IMG/VR virus record: IMGVR_UViG_3300020592_000112
Location: 1 to 42,206 of that record
Reading direction: 5' to 3' (one strand)
Source: a virus
Lineage: Duplodnaviria; Caudoviricetes
DNA length: 42,206 nucleotides
Under the pieces are notes generated by a model that was not told the DNA's origin, made no database searches, and saw only the letters and a list, made by a program, of their open reading frames with translations. The position numbers were made by a program, and so were the translations under genes. The number at the start of each line of letters is the position of its first letter. Position 1 is the stretch's first letter. Below, in pieces: positions 1 to 9,954 of the stretch.

Positions 1-1572
1 ATGATGTACCGAACTTTACTTGCCCTCTCTGCCAGTCTCTTGATGGGGGTTACCGGCGCTGCTCTGGCGCAGCAGGCAGAACATGACGACCACCACCCCG
101 AAACGTCGCAGGTGCAGGAGGAACAGGTTCCTGCCCCCATGGCCCCTTCAGGCCAGATGCCCTCGATGCAGGAGATGCCGCAGGAGTGCCAGGCCATGAT
201 GGAGGCCATGCCCCAAGCGTGCATGAGCCCCATGCAGCAGATGATGCAGGGCGGCATGATGCAAGACGGCATGATGCATGGTGGGATGGCGGCGCCAGAG
301 AGAGGAGAAGCGGCTTCGCACGGTCGTGAGGTCGCCGACTTCACCAGGGCCTATGTCGATGCAATGGACGAAATGCATGGGCCGATGATGGAAGGCGTCA
401 TGGCCGAGGACCCGGACGTCGCCTTCGTCCGCGGCATGATCCCACACCATCAGGGCGCGATCGACATGGCGAAGATCGTGCAGCAGTATGGAGATGATCC
501 GGAAACGAAGGAATGGGCGACCCGGATCATCGAGGCGCAAGAGGGCGAAATCGCCGAGATGCAGGTGTGGCTGGAGAAGAATGCAGGACAGGAGCCTGTG
601 GACTTCAGCCAGACAGGCGGAACCGTTTATTCCGCCAACGAAGGCGGCAATTCCATCAGCGCCATCGACCTCGGCACGGGTTCGGTTAACACCGTCGAGA
701 TCGCGGTCTCACCACACAATGTCGATCTGACGCCTGACAGCAAGCTGCTACTCGCGGTTGGCAATCCTGCCGCCGAGGGGGACCACGGCTCGGATGGACA
801 TGGTCACGCCGAGGACGGTGCAGCCGAGGGGCTTCTGGTGGTACTTGATCCTGAGCAAATGTCCCAACCTGTCGGGACGGTCGAAGTTGGGGCACATCCC
901 GCGCACGTCGTCGCCGATCGAAACGGGCGCGCCTATGTTTCGCTGTCCGGCGACAACGAGATTGCGGTGGTTGATCTTGCGAATGCATCGGTGATCGAAC
1001 GGATCGAGACCGGCGCCTACCCGCACGGTCTGCGGCTCAGCCCGGACGAAACTGAGCTCTATGTGGCCAATGTCGAGGACGGGTCGGTTTCCGTCATCGA
1101 CACGCGGAGCCTTATCGAGGTCGCACCCATCCCGGTGGGCGCCGCGCCCGTCCAGGTCGGCTTCACGCCCTCGGGCGATCAGGTCTATGTCTCGCTTCGC
1201 GACGAGAACGCGGTGGCAGTGATCGACACAACCACGCGACGGGTCACCAAGAAGATCGATGTGGGGCCGAACCCGATTCAGGTCCGCTCGACCTCGGATG
1301 GGAACTTCGTCTATGTCGCCAACCAGGGCACCGAAGCCGAGCCGAACGACACCGTGTCTGTCATCGCAACCGCAACCGGAGAGGTCGTTGCGACGATCAC
1401 CACCGGCGGCGGCGCGCACGGCGTCTCTGCATCGGCGGACGGGGCCTTCGTATTTGTGACGAACATTGCCGACGATAGCGTCTCGATCATCGGCGTTGAG
1501 GGCCAGAAAGTCGTCAGGACGGTGCCGGTTGGCGATCGTCCGAACGGCATCGTTTACGGAATCTCGAATTGA
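1..1572 (+). CDS. Secreted DUF305/CopM-like metal-binding domain fused to a YVTN/YncE beta-propeller
   Basis: Signal peptide, Met/His-rich linker, DVAFVRGMIPHHQGAIDMA motif (DUF305), then repeated PHG/PxxV...YVAN...VSVID propeller blades. Convergent with the phage lysis genes, so probably host or island DNA. Confidence 0.85.
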   Translation: MMYRTLLALSASLLMGVTGAALAQQAEHDDHHPETSQVQEEQVPAPMAPSGQMPSMQEMPQECQAMMEAMPQACMSPMQQMMQGGMMQDGMMHGGMAAPERGEAASHGREVADFTRAYVDAMDEMHGPMMEGVMAEDPDVAFVRGMIPHHQGAIDMAKIVQQYGDDPETKEWATRIIEAQEGEIAEMQVWLEKNAGQEPVDFSQTGGTVYSANEGGNSISAIDLGTGSVNTVEIAVSPHNVDLTPDSKLLLAVGNPAAEGDHGSDGHGHAEDGAAEGLLVVLDPEQMSQPVGTVEVGAHPAHVVADRNGRAYVSLSGDNEIAVVDLANASVIERIETGAYPHGLRLSPDETELYVANVEDGSVSVIDTRSLIEVAPIPVGAAPVQVGFTPSGDQVYVSLRDENAVAVIDTTTRRVTKKIDVGPNPIQVRSTSDGNFVYVANQGTEAEPNDTVSVIATATGEVVATITTGGGAHGVSASADGAFVFVTNIADDSVSIIGVEGQKVVRTVPVGDRPNGIVYGISN

Positions 1573-1950
1573 CAGAATGAAAGCGGTGGCGCTGGAGCGA
1601 TCCGGCGCCACCTGCAATCTAAAGAACCGTGATCTTGGGGATCATCGGCGCAATCCGGCGCGCTGAGCGGGCGGGAACGAGTTACCGTCCTCTCGATCGC
1701 CACGACTGATCGCGCCTCGGCAACATTGCGGATGCTCCGGGCGGGACTGACGGAGGCCGCGATAGACCTCGTCCAGGCACGATGGCGCACTCTGCTTCTG
1801 AGCGCCTGCGCGGCTGAAGTTGTTTCTGGAGCAGGACTGGCGGTCACGGTAGGCGTACTCCCGCGCCTGGTCGCGCATGACGGCGTAGCCGCCCAGCAGT
1901 TCGGCACGTGTCCGCTCCGGCAGCTCCCCAATTTTCCTGACTTCACTCGC

Positions 1951-2457
1951 CTACCGCCCCAGCACCGACTTGATCGTGTGACCGCCGCCATAGATCGCGA
2001 GCCAGAGGCCGGCGAAGCCAAGCAAGTGCTCCCATGGGATCGGCACAATCGATGTGCCGACGGTCGCGTTGACGACCGGAAGGACGACGCCGTTCCACGA
2101 CCAGAGGAACAGCAACATCCACGACATGGCCGGACGCCATCCCCACGAAAAGACGCTGCCGCGCTCGTCCTCCCGGTCCAACATGTGGTCGCGCTGCGAC
2201 GTTGCCATGGTGAGGTAGGCAACCCATTCCGGACTGCGTTCGCGCTCGATCGACTGCACCTTGGTGGCGGCATTCGGATCAGCCTCGATCGCGGTCTTCA
2301 CCGCTTCCGGTGTGGGCTGGGCACCAAAGGCCTGGGCGAGCGCCTCGATCACTTGTGCGGATGCCTCGCCGGCGACTCCGCCGACATTGTTGCGCAGGAT
2401 GGAACCGAGGATTGGCGCGCCGAGGCTGACAAGAACAGGAGCAAGGGAACTAAGCAT
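1951..2457 (-). CDS. Holin (3TM, GTA-holin type)
   Basis: WRPAMSW motif followed by two hydrophobic helices and GGGHT(I)K tail; overlaps the lysin stop. Confidence 0.75.
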   Translation of the reverse strand: MLSSLAPVLVSLGAPILGSILRNNVGGVAGEASAQVIEALAQAFGAQPTPEAVKTAIEADPNAATKVQSIERERSPEWVAYLTMATSQRDHMLDREDERGSVFSWGWRPAMSWMLLFLWSWNGVVLPVVNATVGTSIVPIPWEHLLGFAGLWLAIYGGGHTIKSVLGR

Positions 2458-3184
2458 TTGCAGCCTCCCGGGCGTAGGCGGTGGCGCGGTGGGTGTTGAT
2501 CACCGCGCGGATGATGAGGAAGGCGAGCGCCGCGAATGCCACGGAGGCGATGCCCGCGAGGATCCAGTCGCCAAGCTGCGCCCCCTGATCGAGGGAGATT
2601 GCGCCGCCGCCACCAGCGCCAGCCGCGGCCCCGGTCTGCTTACCTGCCTGAGAGCGCGCCTTGTCCGCCTCGTCACCCAATCGCTGCTTGACCAGATCGC
2701 TGTTGTCGTTCGCGGCCGTCAGTGCCCAGGCCACGCCCTTGGCTTCGATATCGGCGACTCGACGCGCCCAGCCGCGGCCGAAGGTGTTCCAGATGTTCAG
2801 CGACCGCATGAAGCTGAGACGGGTGGCGCAGATGCGCTTTACCGTCTCATGGTCCGCCCCGCCGATCGAAGCGAGCAGCCATTTGCGACCGCGGGAAACG
2901 CCGGAGTTAACCGACGCATCATAGGTGGCAAGATCGACGCCGGTCGCCAGCGTTGGCCCGCCGCTGGGCACCCAATACTGCTCGAAGTAGATCTGCTCGG
3001 CTTCGGCAATCGTGATCTGGCGAACCGGGCGGACCGGCTTGCCGTGCTGGCGCAGCCAGGCGTGGTACACGGCTTCGGTCACGCCATACATCGTCTTGCC
3101 GCCAGGATCGGCGGGGTGGTCGGACCATCCGCCCTCCCACGCTCTGGTCACGTCATGGCAGCGCCGGAACTTGGCCGTGCTCAT
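2450..3184 (-). CDS. Endolysin, glycoside hydrolase family 108 (TtsA-like)
   Basis: EGGWSDHPADPGGKTMYGVT catalytic motif, D-x-x-VNSG, FGRGW; hydrophobic C-terminal segment; SD AGGAGA. Confidence 0.9.
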   Translation of the reverse strand: MSTAKFRRCHDVTRAWEGGWSDHPADPGGKTMYGVTEAVYHAWLRQHGKPVRPVRQITIAEAEQIYFEQYWVPSGGPTLATGVDLATYDASVNSGVSRGRKWLLASIGGADHETVKRICATRLSFMRSLNIWNTFGRGWARRVADIEAKGVAWALTAANDNSDLVKQRLGDEADKARSQAGKQTGAAAGAGGGGAISLDQGAQLGDWILAGIASVAFAALAFLIIRAVINTHRATAYAREAANA

Positions 3185-3212
3185 CGATGGTTCTCCTGTT
3201 GATGCTGGATAC

Positions 3213-3235
3213 GAAAAACCCGCCTCGAGGCGGGT
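3213..3235 (-). terminator. Intrinsic terminator upstream of the lysin
   Basis: - strand ACCCGCC-TCGA-GGCGGGT followed by TTTTC. Confidence 0.75.
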
Positions 3236-3265
3236 GCGGTTGGTCGATCGGTGCTGCTGGTACGG

Positions 3266-3559
3266 CTACGGACTGCCGCCGAAGATCTTGAGCTTGATCG
3301 CGATCCCGGCGAGCAGCGCCAGGATGATCCCGGTGGTGATCATCCGCACCGAGGTCTGCACTGCAGTGCGGCGCACAAGCCGGATGCAGTCCAGGAGCGA
3401 ACGAAGATCCCGGATGTCGAGCGCGGCCTCCTTGCCCTCAAGGCCCACATCAGCAAGCGCCCGTTTGGCGCCTTCCTCGGCAGCGCGCGCCAGAACCTCC
3501 TCGAACTCGGCTTGCGGGATCCGAATGAGGCCTTGATCAGAACGGGGCGGTGTCATCAT
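3266..3559 (-). CDS. DUF6127-like small membrane protein (lysis-associated)
   Basis: AAEEGAKRALADVGL...IRDLRSLL motif, C-terminal TM helix; start moved to the ATG after SD AAGGAGA. Confidence 0.7.
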   Translation of the reverse strand: MMTPPRSDQGLIRIPQAEFEEVLARAAEEGAKRALADVGLEGKEAALDIRDLRSLLDCIRLVRRTAVQTSVRMITTGIILALLAGIAIKLKIFGGSP

Positions 3560-3576
3560 TTCTCCTTTCCCGCTCA

Positions 3577-4653
3577 TCAGCCGACCTTCGCGCCCCAGAA
3601 CGAGGTGTGATCGGCGGCGAAATAGCCATCGGCGACGCGGAACGTGCCCTGCAGCTCGACGGTGTCTCCGGCGCTGAGCGGCACCATCGTTTGCAGCCAG
3701 AGAGCCGTCGCCTCTGAGACGTGCCCTCCGCTGATCTCGCCGAAGGAGCCCCGGATCTCGGTGGCGCTGTTCAGAACCAGCCGACCGCGCAGGCGCGCCG
3801 TGGTGCTGGAATTGACCTTGTAGAGAAGCGTCGCGCCGAAGAGGTAGGCGCCGGCAGCCGGCGCCACGAAGCGATTGTTGGCGGCGTCGAAAGCGCCCTG
3901 GTCGTTGTAGTCCGTGTTGTTGATGCCGATCTTCGTCCAGGTGTCGACGGCAACATAGTTGTCGTAGTTCGTATAGCCCTTGAATCGAGGCAGGCGGGGC
4001 TGATCGACAATGCCATTGGCGTTATCGACGATGAGCCCGTCAAAGAAGCTCGAGCCATCCGCCGACACGGCGAGCCGGAACTTGTCCGAGCCGAAGAGGC
4101 CAAGCAGCGCTTTCGTGACGTAGGCGGTCTGGAGCGTGAGGCCGAGATCGCCGCCGGCCGCCTCCTTGTTCATGGTGTAGAACAGATCGCCCGTGCCGCC
4201 TTCGGCCACGGTCTTCGCGGTCCAGAGTGCGGCGTTTAGCTTGGCCGAAAACGGGTTCGACGCATCGGCCGTCGTGCCGAGCCCGAGGAGCGAGAGGTTC
4301 TGCAGCGCCGCAGGCGTCGCTCCGATCCAGCCAGACCCGTCGTAGACGAGCAGCAGGCTCTCGTCCTCGACCCATGCGCGCCAGCCTGCTCGTGGCGGCA
4401 GGCGCAGCCAGGCGCCATCGGTCCAGATCGCGACGTTCAGGTCCCAGCCTGCCCAGTCTCCGGTTGCGCCCGACGCGACGATGTAGCGGTCGCCATCGGC
4501 AGGCGAACCAGGTGGCGCTGTTAGGTCGCGATCGAGGACGGAGAGCTGCACGAGCCCGTCGAGGATCCGCAGCGCCTCATTGTGGGTGACGTGCTTCTGG
4601 GCCTGCGCCGCCAGGATGTAGGGCAACAGGAGATGGGTTGTGGCGTCGGACAT
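3577..4653 (-). CDS. DUF2793 tail fibre / receptor-binding protein with C1q-like C-terminus
   Basis: LPYILAAQAQKHVTHNEALRILD N-terminus; C-terminal FDAANNRFVAPAAGAYLF...FWG. Confidence 0.8.
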   Translation of the reverse strand: MSDATTHLLLPYILAAQAQKHVTHNEALRILDGLVQLSVLDRDLTAPPGSPADGDRYIVASGATGDWAGWDLNVAIWTDGAWLRLPPRAGWRAWVEDESLLLVYDGSGWIGATPAALQNLSLLGLGTTADASNPFSAKLNAALWTAKTVAEGGTGDLFYTMNKEAAGGDLGLTLQTAYVTKALLGLFGSDKFRLAVSADGSSFFDGLIVDNANGIVDQPRLPRFKGYTNYDNYVAVDTWTKIGINNTDYNDQGAFDAANNRFVAPAAGAYLFGATLLYKVNSSTTARLRGRLVLNSATEIRGSFGEISGGHVSEATALWLQTMVPLSAGDTVELQGTFRVADGYFAADHTSFWGAKVG

Positions 4654-4663
4654 GGGATGGCCT

Positions 4664-7600
4664 TCAGAACAGGAGCGAGACGGTCTTGGGCGCGCCTCGC
4701 CCCACGAGGGCGGAGAGCTGGAAGATGCGGATGTCGAGCGAGTCGCCGGGGCCGAGCGGCGCGCCCCAGTCGGCGGTCTGCTGGGCGGCGGTGTAGACCG
4801 CGCTGTTCATGGCCGTGCTCAGCAACCGCTTCACGGTGGCGCCGTCTAGGATTTCGACCTCGTAGGCTTCCAGTTCCTCAGCCATCGGCACCTCCAGCCC
4901 GCCCCAAGTATCGGCCGCGAGCGAGCGGGACCGGCGCGTCCAGCGGATGGTCAGGTCACCGGGCGTGCGCGGACGGCGCCACGGTTGCTCGACATGGGCG
5001 ACCGAAAACGGCCGCAGTCCGACGCCCTGGGCCGTAAAGGCCTGCGCGACATAGGTCTCGTCGCTGACCGAGCGGCTCGCTGGGCCGATGCGCCAGTTCC
5101 ACGGGATCCCAAGGTCGGCCTCAGCAATTGGCAGGGACGCCAGCGAGGCGTCCAGCACGACGACCCGCGCGCCGGCGGGAGTTGGGTTGGCCATCGCACC
5201 CTCGGTGCCGCGTTGGCCGCGCAGGAGCCGGGTCAGCCGGTATCGGCCGGGCGCCAGAAGCTCCGCCGCGCCCGCTTGCACGATCTCCCAGACGCCGGGC
5301 GCACTCTCGATGGCGAGCGCGTTGGCGCCGCCCATCAGGGTCAGGTCGGTGACGCTCTCGAGGGTCCCGGAGAGCAGATCGACCACCAGCACGTTGCCGA
5401 GATCGAAGCGCGAGGTTGGCCCTGACCAGAAGTCAAAGGCCAGAACACCGATGCGCGCCCGTGTTCCGAAGCTCGTCAGCAGTTCGAAGCCGTCCGTTGA
5501 AGGGCTCCGGTAAGCGGCCATCTGGCCCGGCCACGGCACCGCATGTGCTGCGGCCAAGGGTCTGTGCGCAGGCTGGTCCTCGGTCAGTTGCGGTAGATCG
5601 AGCAAGACCGCCACTGGCGCGCCGAAAACAACGGCCCTCGACAGCGCCGCGGGGCGCGGCGCACCGGGCGGCAGATCGTAGGCTTCCCGGTCTTGGCGGA
5701 GAGCCTCGATGCTCCGTGACTCCGTGTCAGCGGTCGAGACGAGGCGCAGCGAAACCCCACGCCCGTCATGAACGAGCGTGACGACATCGGCCGGATCGAG
5801 CGCCAGCCGTGACGGCGGCAGGCGGAAGACGGCGCTCTCGCGGCCCGTCCAGGCTTCCATGAGTGCGCGGCGGCAGCGCCGCTCAGCCTCTTCGGGCGGG
5901 ACGGCGAAAGGGAAGCTCTCGGAGGCGATGCGGGTGGTATCGACGGTGATGCGCCGGGCCTCGACGAGTGCAGCGTCGTAATCCTCGTCGGCGCGGGCAA
6001 CCTGCCACTTCAATGCCTGCGGCAGCTCCGTCTCCTGGCCCCGCATGAGTTCGAGCACGTCGCCCTCGCGCACGGCGACAAGATCGTCCGCCGTCACGTT
6101 GGCGACCGCTGCCCGCCCTCGCATCGTGAAGCGGATCAAGCCTCCGGTCTCGACGGCATCGAAGCCGAAGTGGCGCGACAGCGTGGTGATCGAGGCGCGC
6201 GGACTTTCGAGCGCGCCGATGGCGTAGCCCTCGATCGCACCCCAGAGGCCGGAGATGTCGATCCTGTCCTCGGGCATCCCGGCCCGGAGGCAGAGATGGC
6301 GAACAAGCGCGGCCAGCGATACAGCCCCGAGCCGCCCGGTCAGCCAATGTCCGAGTCGCCAGTTCGGACCGTCAGTCCAGACGTCGGTGAGCTCGGGGAA
6401 GAACGGATATGGCCGTGCGTCCCACGTCCAGGCGGCGCATTCGGGAACGTGCACCATCCTGCCGCCGTAGATCGAGGACACCGGGTTGTTCGCGCCATCG
6501 CCCCAGAAGAGATAGGTCGCCTCGAGATAGGCGCGCTGGATGGCGTCGTCGCGCCAGCCGCGCGAGAAATGCGGCACAAAGCTCTCGGAAGACTTTGGGT
6601 CGAAGAACACGTTCGGCTGGTTGGTGCCGCGGTCGATAGCCGGGCAGCCGAGTTCGCTGAAGCGGATGGGCTTCAGCTCCGGCACCCAAACAGTCGAAGT
6701 AGCGCTCTCCACCCCACCGGGACGATCGAAGTGCGGGTTGGACCACCAGCTGCGGAGATCCTTGTAGCGGAAGACCCATGGCTTGCCGGCAGCGCCATCG
6801 GTGATCGGTGTCCGCACCTGCGACGACCGGTCCACTTCGGAGGCATAGAACCAGTCGAAGCCTTCGCCGCCCGCGATGTTTGCCTGCAGGTAGGCGCGGT
6901 CATAGATCGCGGGCCAGCCGTCCTCCGCGTCGAGATGCTCGAAGCCATCGCGCCAGTCGGACAGCGGCATGTAGTTGTCGATGCCGACAAAATCGATCTG
7001 CGGATCGGCCCAGAGGGGGTCGAGGTGGAAATAGACATCGCCGGAGCCGTCGGCCGGCTGGTGCCCGAAATATTCCGACCAGTCGGCGGCGTAACTGATC
7101 TCTGTCGCACCGCCGAGGATGCTGCGCACATCGGCGGCAAGATCGCGCAACGCCTGCACTGCCGGATATGTGCTGGCGCCCGAGCGGATCGTCGTCAGTC
7201 CGCGCATTTCCGTGCCGATCAGGAAGGCGTCGACCCCGCCCGCAGCCGCGCAGAGATGGGCGTAGTGCAGCACCATGCGCCTGAGCCCCCAGTCACCGGC
7301 GGCACCGGTCCAGGAGACTGTCTCACCAAAGACGGCGAAGTCGGACGTTTCGGCGCTACCAAAGAAAGCGGCCACATGCGCGGCAGCCGTGGCGGTCTTG
7401 TCGGCCGATCCAGCAAAACCTGCAGCCGGAGAACAGGTGATCCGGCCCCGCCAGGGAAAGGCTGGCTGGCCTGCTTCGGCAGCGTTGTCGCTGTAAGGGT
7501 TCGGCAGCGTATTGCCCGGCGGCACGTCCATCAGCAGGAACGGATAGAAAGTCACCCGCAGCCCACGCGCCTTCATTTCCTTGATTGCCTGCACCACTGC

Positions 7601-8629
7601 AAAGTCGGCAGGCGTCCCTCCATAAACCGGCCGGTCCTCGTCATCGCGACTGACCAGATGGGCAGCAGCCCGGCTGACGCCGTTGACGCTCCACGTCTTC
7701 GGGCTCGTGTTCTTCTCCGCGTATTCGACGCCGGGCCTGATCTGGCACTCCCCGGCGCGCAGATCGGTGCCGAACCAGGCGACGACCAGGCTGACACTTT
7801 CGACCTTCGGCGCCATGGCCTGCAGCCGGTCGACCGCCACCATCATGTCAGCGGTATCTGACAGTGCGTTGAGGTTTTCGGGCGTTTGCCCGCCGCTGCT
7901 CCCCTTGCGAATGCCCTCGGTGGCGTAGGTGAATTCGCCGGAGGCGGGGATCATCGTGACCGCCTGCGTCAAACCCTCAGCGGTGTCGGGATCAGCGAGC
8001 GGACGGAAGATTTCGAAGGAGAGCTGCGGCAGGCGGTTGCCGTAGTTGCCGAGCGGCAGCTCTTCGAAGACGACGTAGGCGGTACCTCGATAGGCAGGCG
8101 TGCTGGCCGCGCCCATCCTGGCCGAAATGAACGGGTCGGCCGTCTGTGCCTCGTCACCCGGATACCAGCGCCAGGTGATCCCGGCAGTATCAAGCAGCTT
8201 GCCATCGGCCCAGATGCGACCGATCCCGGTGATCGGACCTTCACACACGGCAACTGCGAAGGAGGCATAGTAGAGATACTCGGTGGTCTGAACCTTGCCG
8301 CCGCCACCACCTTTGCCGCCGCCCTGCGTGGTCGTGTTGATCTCCTCGCGGAAATCGGTCGCCCAGACGATGTTGCCGCCCATTCGCATCCGTCCGTAGA
8401 CACGCGGGATGACGGCTCCCTCGGTGGACGACGTGATGCGCAAGCTGTCTAGCCGCGGCCCTTCGATCCGCTGGGTGGGCGCCAACGAGGAAATGATCCA
8501 GCTGTCGACGACAGACCCAATTGCGGAGCCGACGAAGCCACCAATCGTCGCCGCGCTCACGCCAAGGATGGCCCCGCCGATGCTGCCGCCGATGGCGGCG
8601 CCAGCCACGCCGAGAACGAGAGTTGCCAT
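4664..8629 (-). CDS. GTA-type baseplate megatron (RcGTA g15-like, TIM-barrel)
   Basis: 1321 aa; PAYRGTAYVVFE, YGGTPAD, SYAADWSEY, IDNYMPLSDWRDG, WTWDARPYP motifs. Confidence 0.93.
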   Translation of the reverse strand: MATLVLGVAGAAIGGSIGGAILGVSAATIGGFVGSAIGSVVDSWIISSLAPTQRIEGPRLDSLRITSSTEGAVIPRVYGRMRMGGNIVWATDFREEINTTTQGGGKGGGGGKVQTTEYLYYASFAVAVCEGPITGIGRIWADGKLLDTAGITWRWYPGDEAQTADPFISARMGAASTPAYRGTAYVVFEELPLGNYGNRLPQLSFEIFRPLADPDTAEGLTQAVTMIPASGEFTYATEGIRKGSSGGQTPENLNALSDTADMMVAVDRLQAMAPKVESVSLVVAWFGTDLRAGECQIRPGVEYAEKNTSPKTWSVNGVSRAAAHLVSRDDEDRPVYGGTPADFAVVQAIKEMKARGLRVTFYPFLLMDVPPGNTLPNPYSDNAAEAGQPAFPWRGRITCSPAAGFAGSADKTATAAAHVAAFFGSAETSDFAVFGETVSWTGAAGDWGLRRMVLHYAHLCAAAGGVDAFLIGTEMRGLTTIRSGASTYPAVQALRDLAADVRSILGGATEISYAADWSEYFGHQPADGSGDVYFHLDPLWADPQIDFVGIDNYMPLSDWRDGFEHLDAEDGWPAIYDRAYLQANIAGGEGFDWFYASEVDRSSQVRTPITDGAAGKPWVFRYKDLRSWWSNPHFDRPGGVESATSTVWVPELKPIRFSELGCPAIDRGTNQPNVFFDPKSSESFVPHFSRGWRDDAIQRAYLEATYLFWGDGANNPVSSIYGGRMVHVPECAAWTWDARPYPFFPELTDVWTDGPNWRLGHWLTGRLGAVSLAALVRHLCLRAGMPEDRIDISGLWGAIEGYAIGALESPRASITTLSRHFGFDAVETGGLIRFTMRGRAAVANVTADDLVAVREGDVLELMRGQETELPQALKWQVARADEDYDAALVEARRITVDTTRIASESFPFAVPPEEAERRCRRALMEAWTGRESAVFRLPPSRLALDPADVVTLVHDGRGVSLRLVSTADTESRSIEALRQDREAYDLPPGAPRPAALSRAVVFGAPVAVLLDLPQLTEDQPAHRPLAAAHAVPWPGQMAAYRSPSTDGFELLTSFGTRARIGVLAFDFWSGPTSRFDLGNVLVVDLLSGTLESVTDLTLMGGANALAIESAPGVWEIVQAGAAELLAPGRYRLTRLLRGQRGTEGAMANPTPAGARVVVLDASLASLPIAEADLGIPWNWRIGPASRSVSDETYVAQAFTAQGVGLRPFSVAHVEQPWRRPRTPGDLTIRWTRRSRSLAADTWGGLEVPMAEELEAYEVEILDGATVKRLLSTAMNSAVYTAAQQTADWGAPLGPGDSLDIRIFQLSALVGRGAPKTVSLLF

Positions 8630-8635
8630 GGTGGA

Positions 8636-9073
8636 TCAGATCTTTTCCGGGAAGAGGAAAGCGAAGGCGATGCGTCGGCGCCAGGCTTGGGTGAGCGGCT
8701 CCTCGATCACGCCGAGCCGCTCATACGCGTGAAGGAAGGCGTCGAGTCCGGTGAGGATCCCGACATGCTTGGCGATGGCGCGGGGCTTCATTCGGAAGAG
8801 GACCAGCGCGCCGGGACCTGCCTGTGATGGTGCAATCTCCGGCATCATCCGCCGCGCGCCCTCCGCCAGCACCTCGCGCGGACCAGTTTCACCCCAGTCG
8901 CGGCTGTAGGGCGGGATCGTGAATGGCTCGGACCCCACCACCTCGCGCCAGACCCCGCGAGCAAGCCCGAGGCAGTCGCACCCCACGCCTTTGAGGGACG
9001 CCTGATCGTGGTATGGGGTGCCAAGCCAGGAGCGCGCGGTGGTGATGATGCGCTTGGGATCGGCGGGGATCAC
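8636..9073 (-). CDS. NlpC/P60 cell-wall peptidase (RcGTA g14-like)
   Basis: WLGTPYHDQAS...GCDCLGLARGVWRE, KHVGI. Confidence 0.92.
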   Translation of the reverse strand: MIPADPKRIITTARSWLGTPYHDQASLKGVGCDCLGLARGVWREVVGSEPFTIPPYSRDWGETGPREVLAEGARRMMPEIAPSQAGPGALVLFRMKPRAIAKHVGILTGLDAFLHAYERLGVIEEPLTQAWRRRIAFAFLFPEKI

Positions 9074-9954
9074 AACACTCCTCCGTCGTGGCCGCCGTCT
9101 CTTGTGGCGTAGCGCAGGATCGTGTCCTGGCCGGGGATGTGCGGAAAGCCCCGGAAGTTGGCGGTGTTGGCGAACTTTGTCCCGCAGGTCTCGATGCGCT
9201 TGTCGCAGCCTGCGCGGATGGTGAAGCCGTCGTTCTCGGCGATCGCGCGCACCGGCGCTTCCAGCAGCGTCAGCACCGCGACACCGTCCGTGACGTCATG
9301 GCCCAGCACCTCGATGCGCCGCCCCGCGTTTGCGCCGCTCGTCCAGTCCAGCGTGCCGAAGGTGAACCGGCCGGAGGTAAAGCCGGCGAGTCCCGAGGCG
9401 GTGAAGGCGCGGTCGCGCAGGAGATCGATGACGGCGCCAGTACCTTTGAAGGCGGGATCCTCGAGATCGACTTTACAGCGCGCGTCGCCGAGCTCGGCGT
9501 CGCACGCCGCCTGAAACGTCCGTCCGACGGTCTGGCCGAGCACATGTGCGAGCGAGCGCACCTCGGCGACGAAGGCGAGCCGCCCGCGCCGGATCTGCCC
9601 GATGGCGCCGCGCCGCAGCAGCACGCGCTGACCGGTGTCGTTCCAGTTCACCCGCCAGACCTCCACCTCCGCATTGTCCCAGCGGCCGTCGAGAATGTCC
9701 GTCTCGGTGATGCGGTCGGAGGTCAGTACGCCCTCAGCATCCTGCGCGTCGACGGACAGGTCCGAGCCCGAGCGGATTTCAGATGCGGTCAGCCCGCTCT
9801 CCGGCTCGAAGTCGGTGCCGTCGAAGTTCAGCGTCCGGTCGTGATCGGTGAAGCCGAAGGTGACACCGTCGGCACGGGTAATCCGCCAGCACCAGGCGAG
9901 CGTCGTTGTGCCCTCGTCGAGATGGGTCTGAAGGTTTGGGTCGAGCGACTTCAT
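9070..9954 (-). CDS. DUF2163 baseplate hub (RcGTA g13-like)
   Basis: True start MKSLDPNL (ATGA overlap at 9951-9954); GFTDHD, GCDK...C...F.N..NFRGFPHIPG. Confidence 0.92.
   Translation of the reverse strand: MKSLDPNLQTHLDEGTTTLAWCWRITRADGVTFGFTDHDRTLNFDGTDFEPESGLTASEIRSGSDLSVDAQDAEGVLTSDRITETDILDGRWDNAEVEVWRVNWNDTGQRVLLRRGAIGQIRRGRLAFVAEVRSLAHVLGQTVGRTFQAACDAELGDARCKVDLEDPAFKGTGAVIDLLRDRAFTASGLAGFTSGRFTFGTLDWTSGANAGRRIEVLGHDVTDGVAVLTLLEAPVRAIAENDGFTIRAGCDKRIETCGTKFANTANFRGFPHIPGQDTILRYATRDGGHDGGVL

Noticed and set aside
139-290. ATG/CAG-rich repeated sequence
   Set aside because: Low-complexity coding for the Met/Gln-rich linker, not a DNA repeat element.
1642-1878. 78-aa ORF after the holin as a spanin
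   Set aside because: No TM segment, lipobox or clear SD.
3577-4653. Diversity-generating retroelement or invertible tail-fibre switch
   Set aside because: No RT, no template/variable repeat pair, and no inverted fibre cassettes seen.
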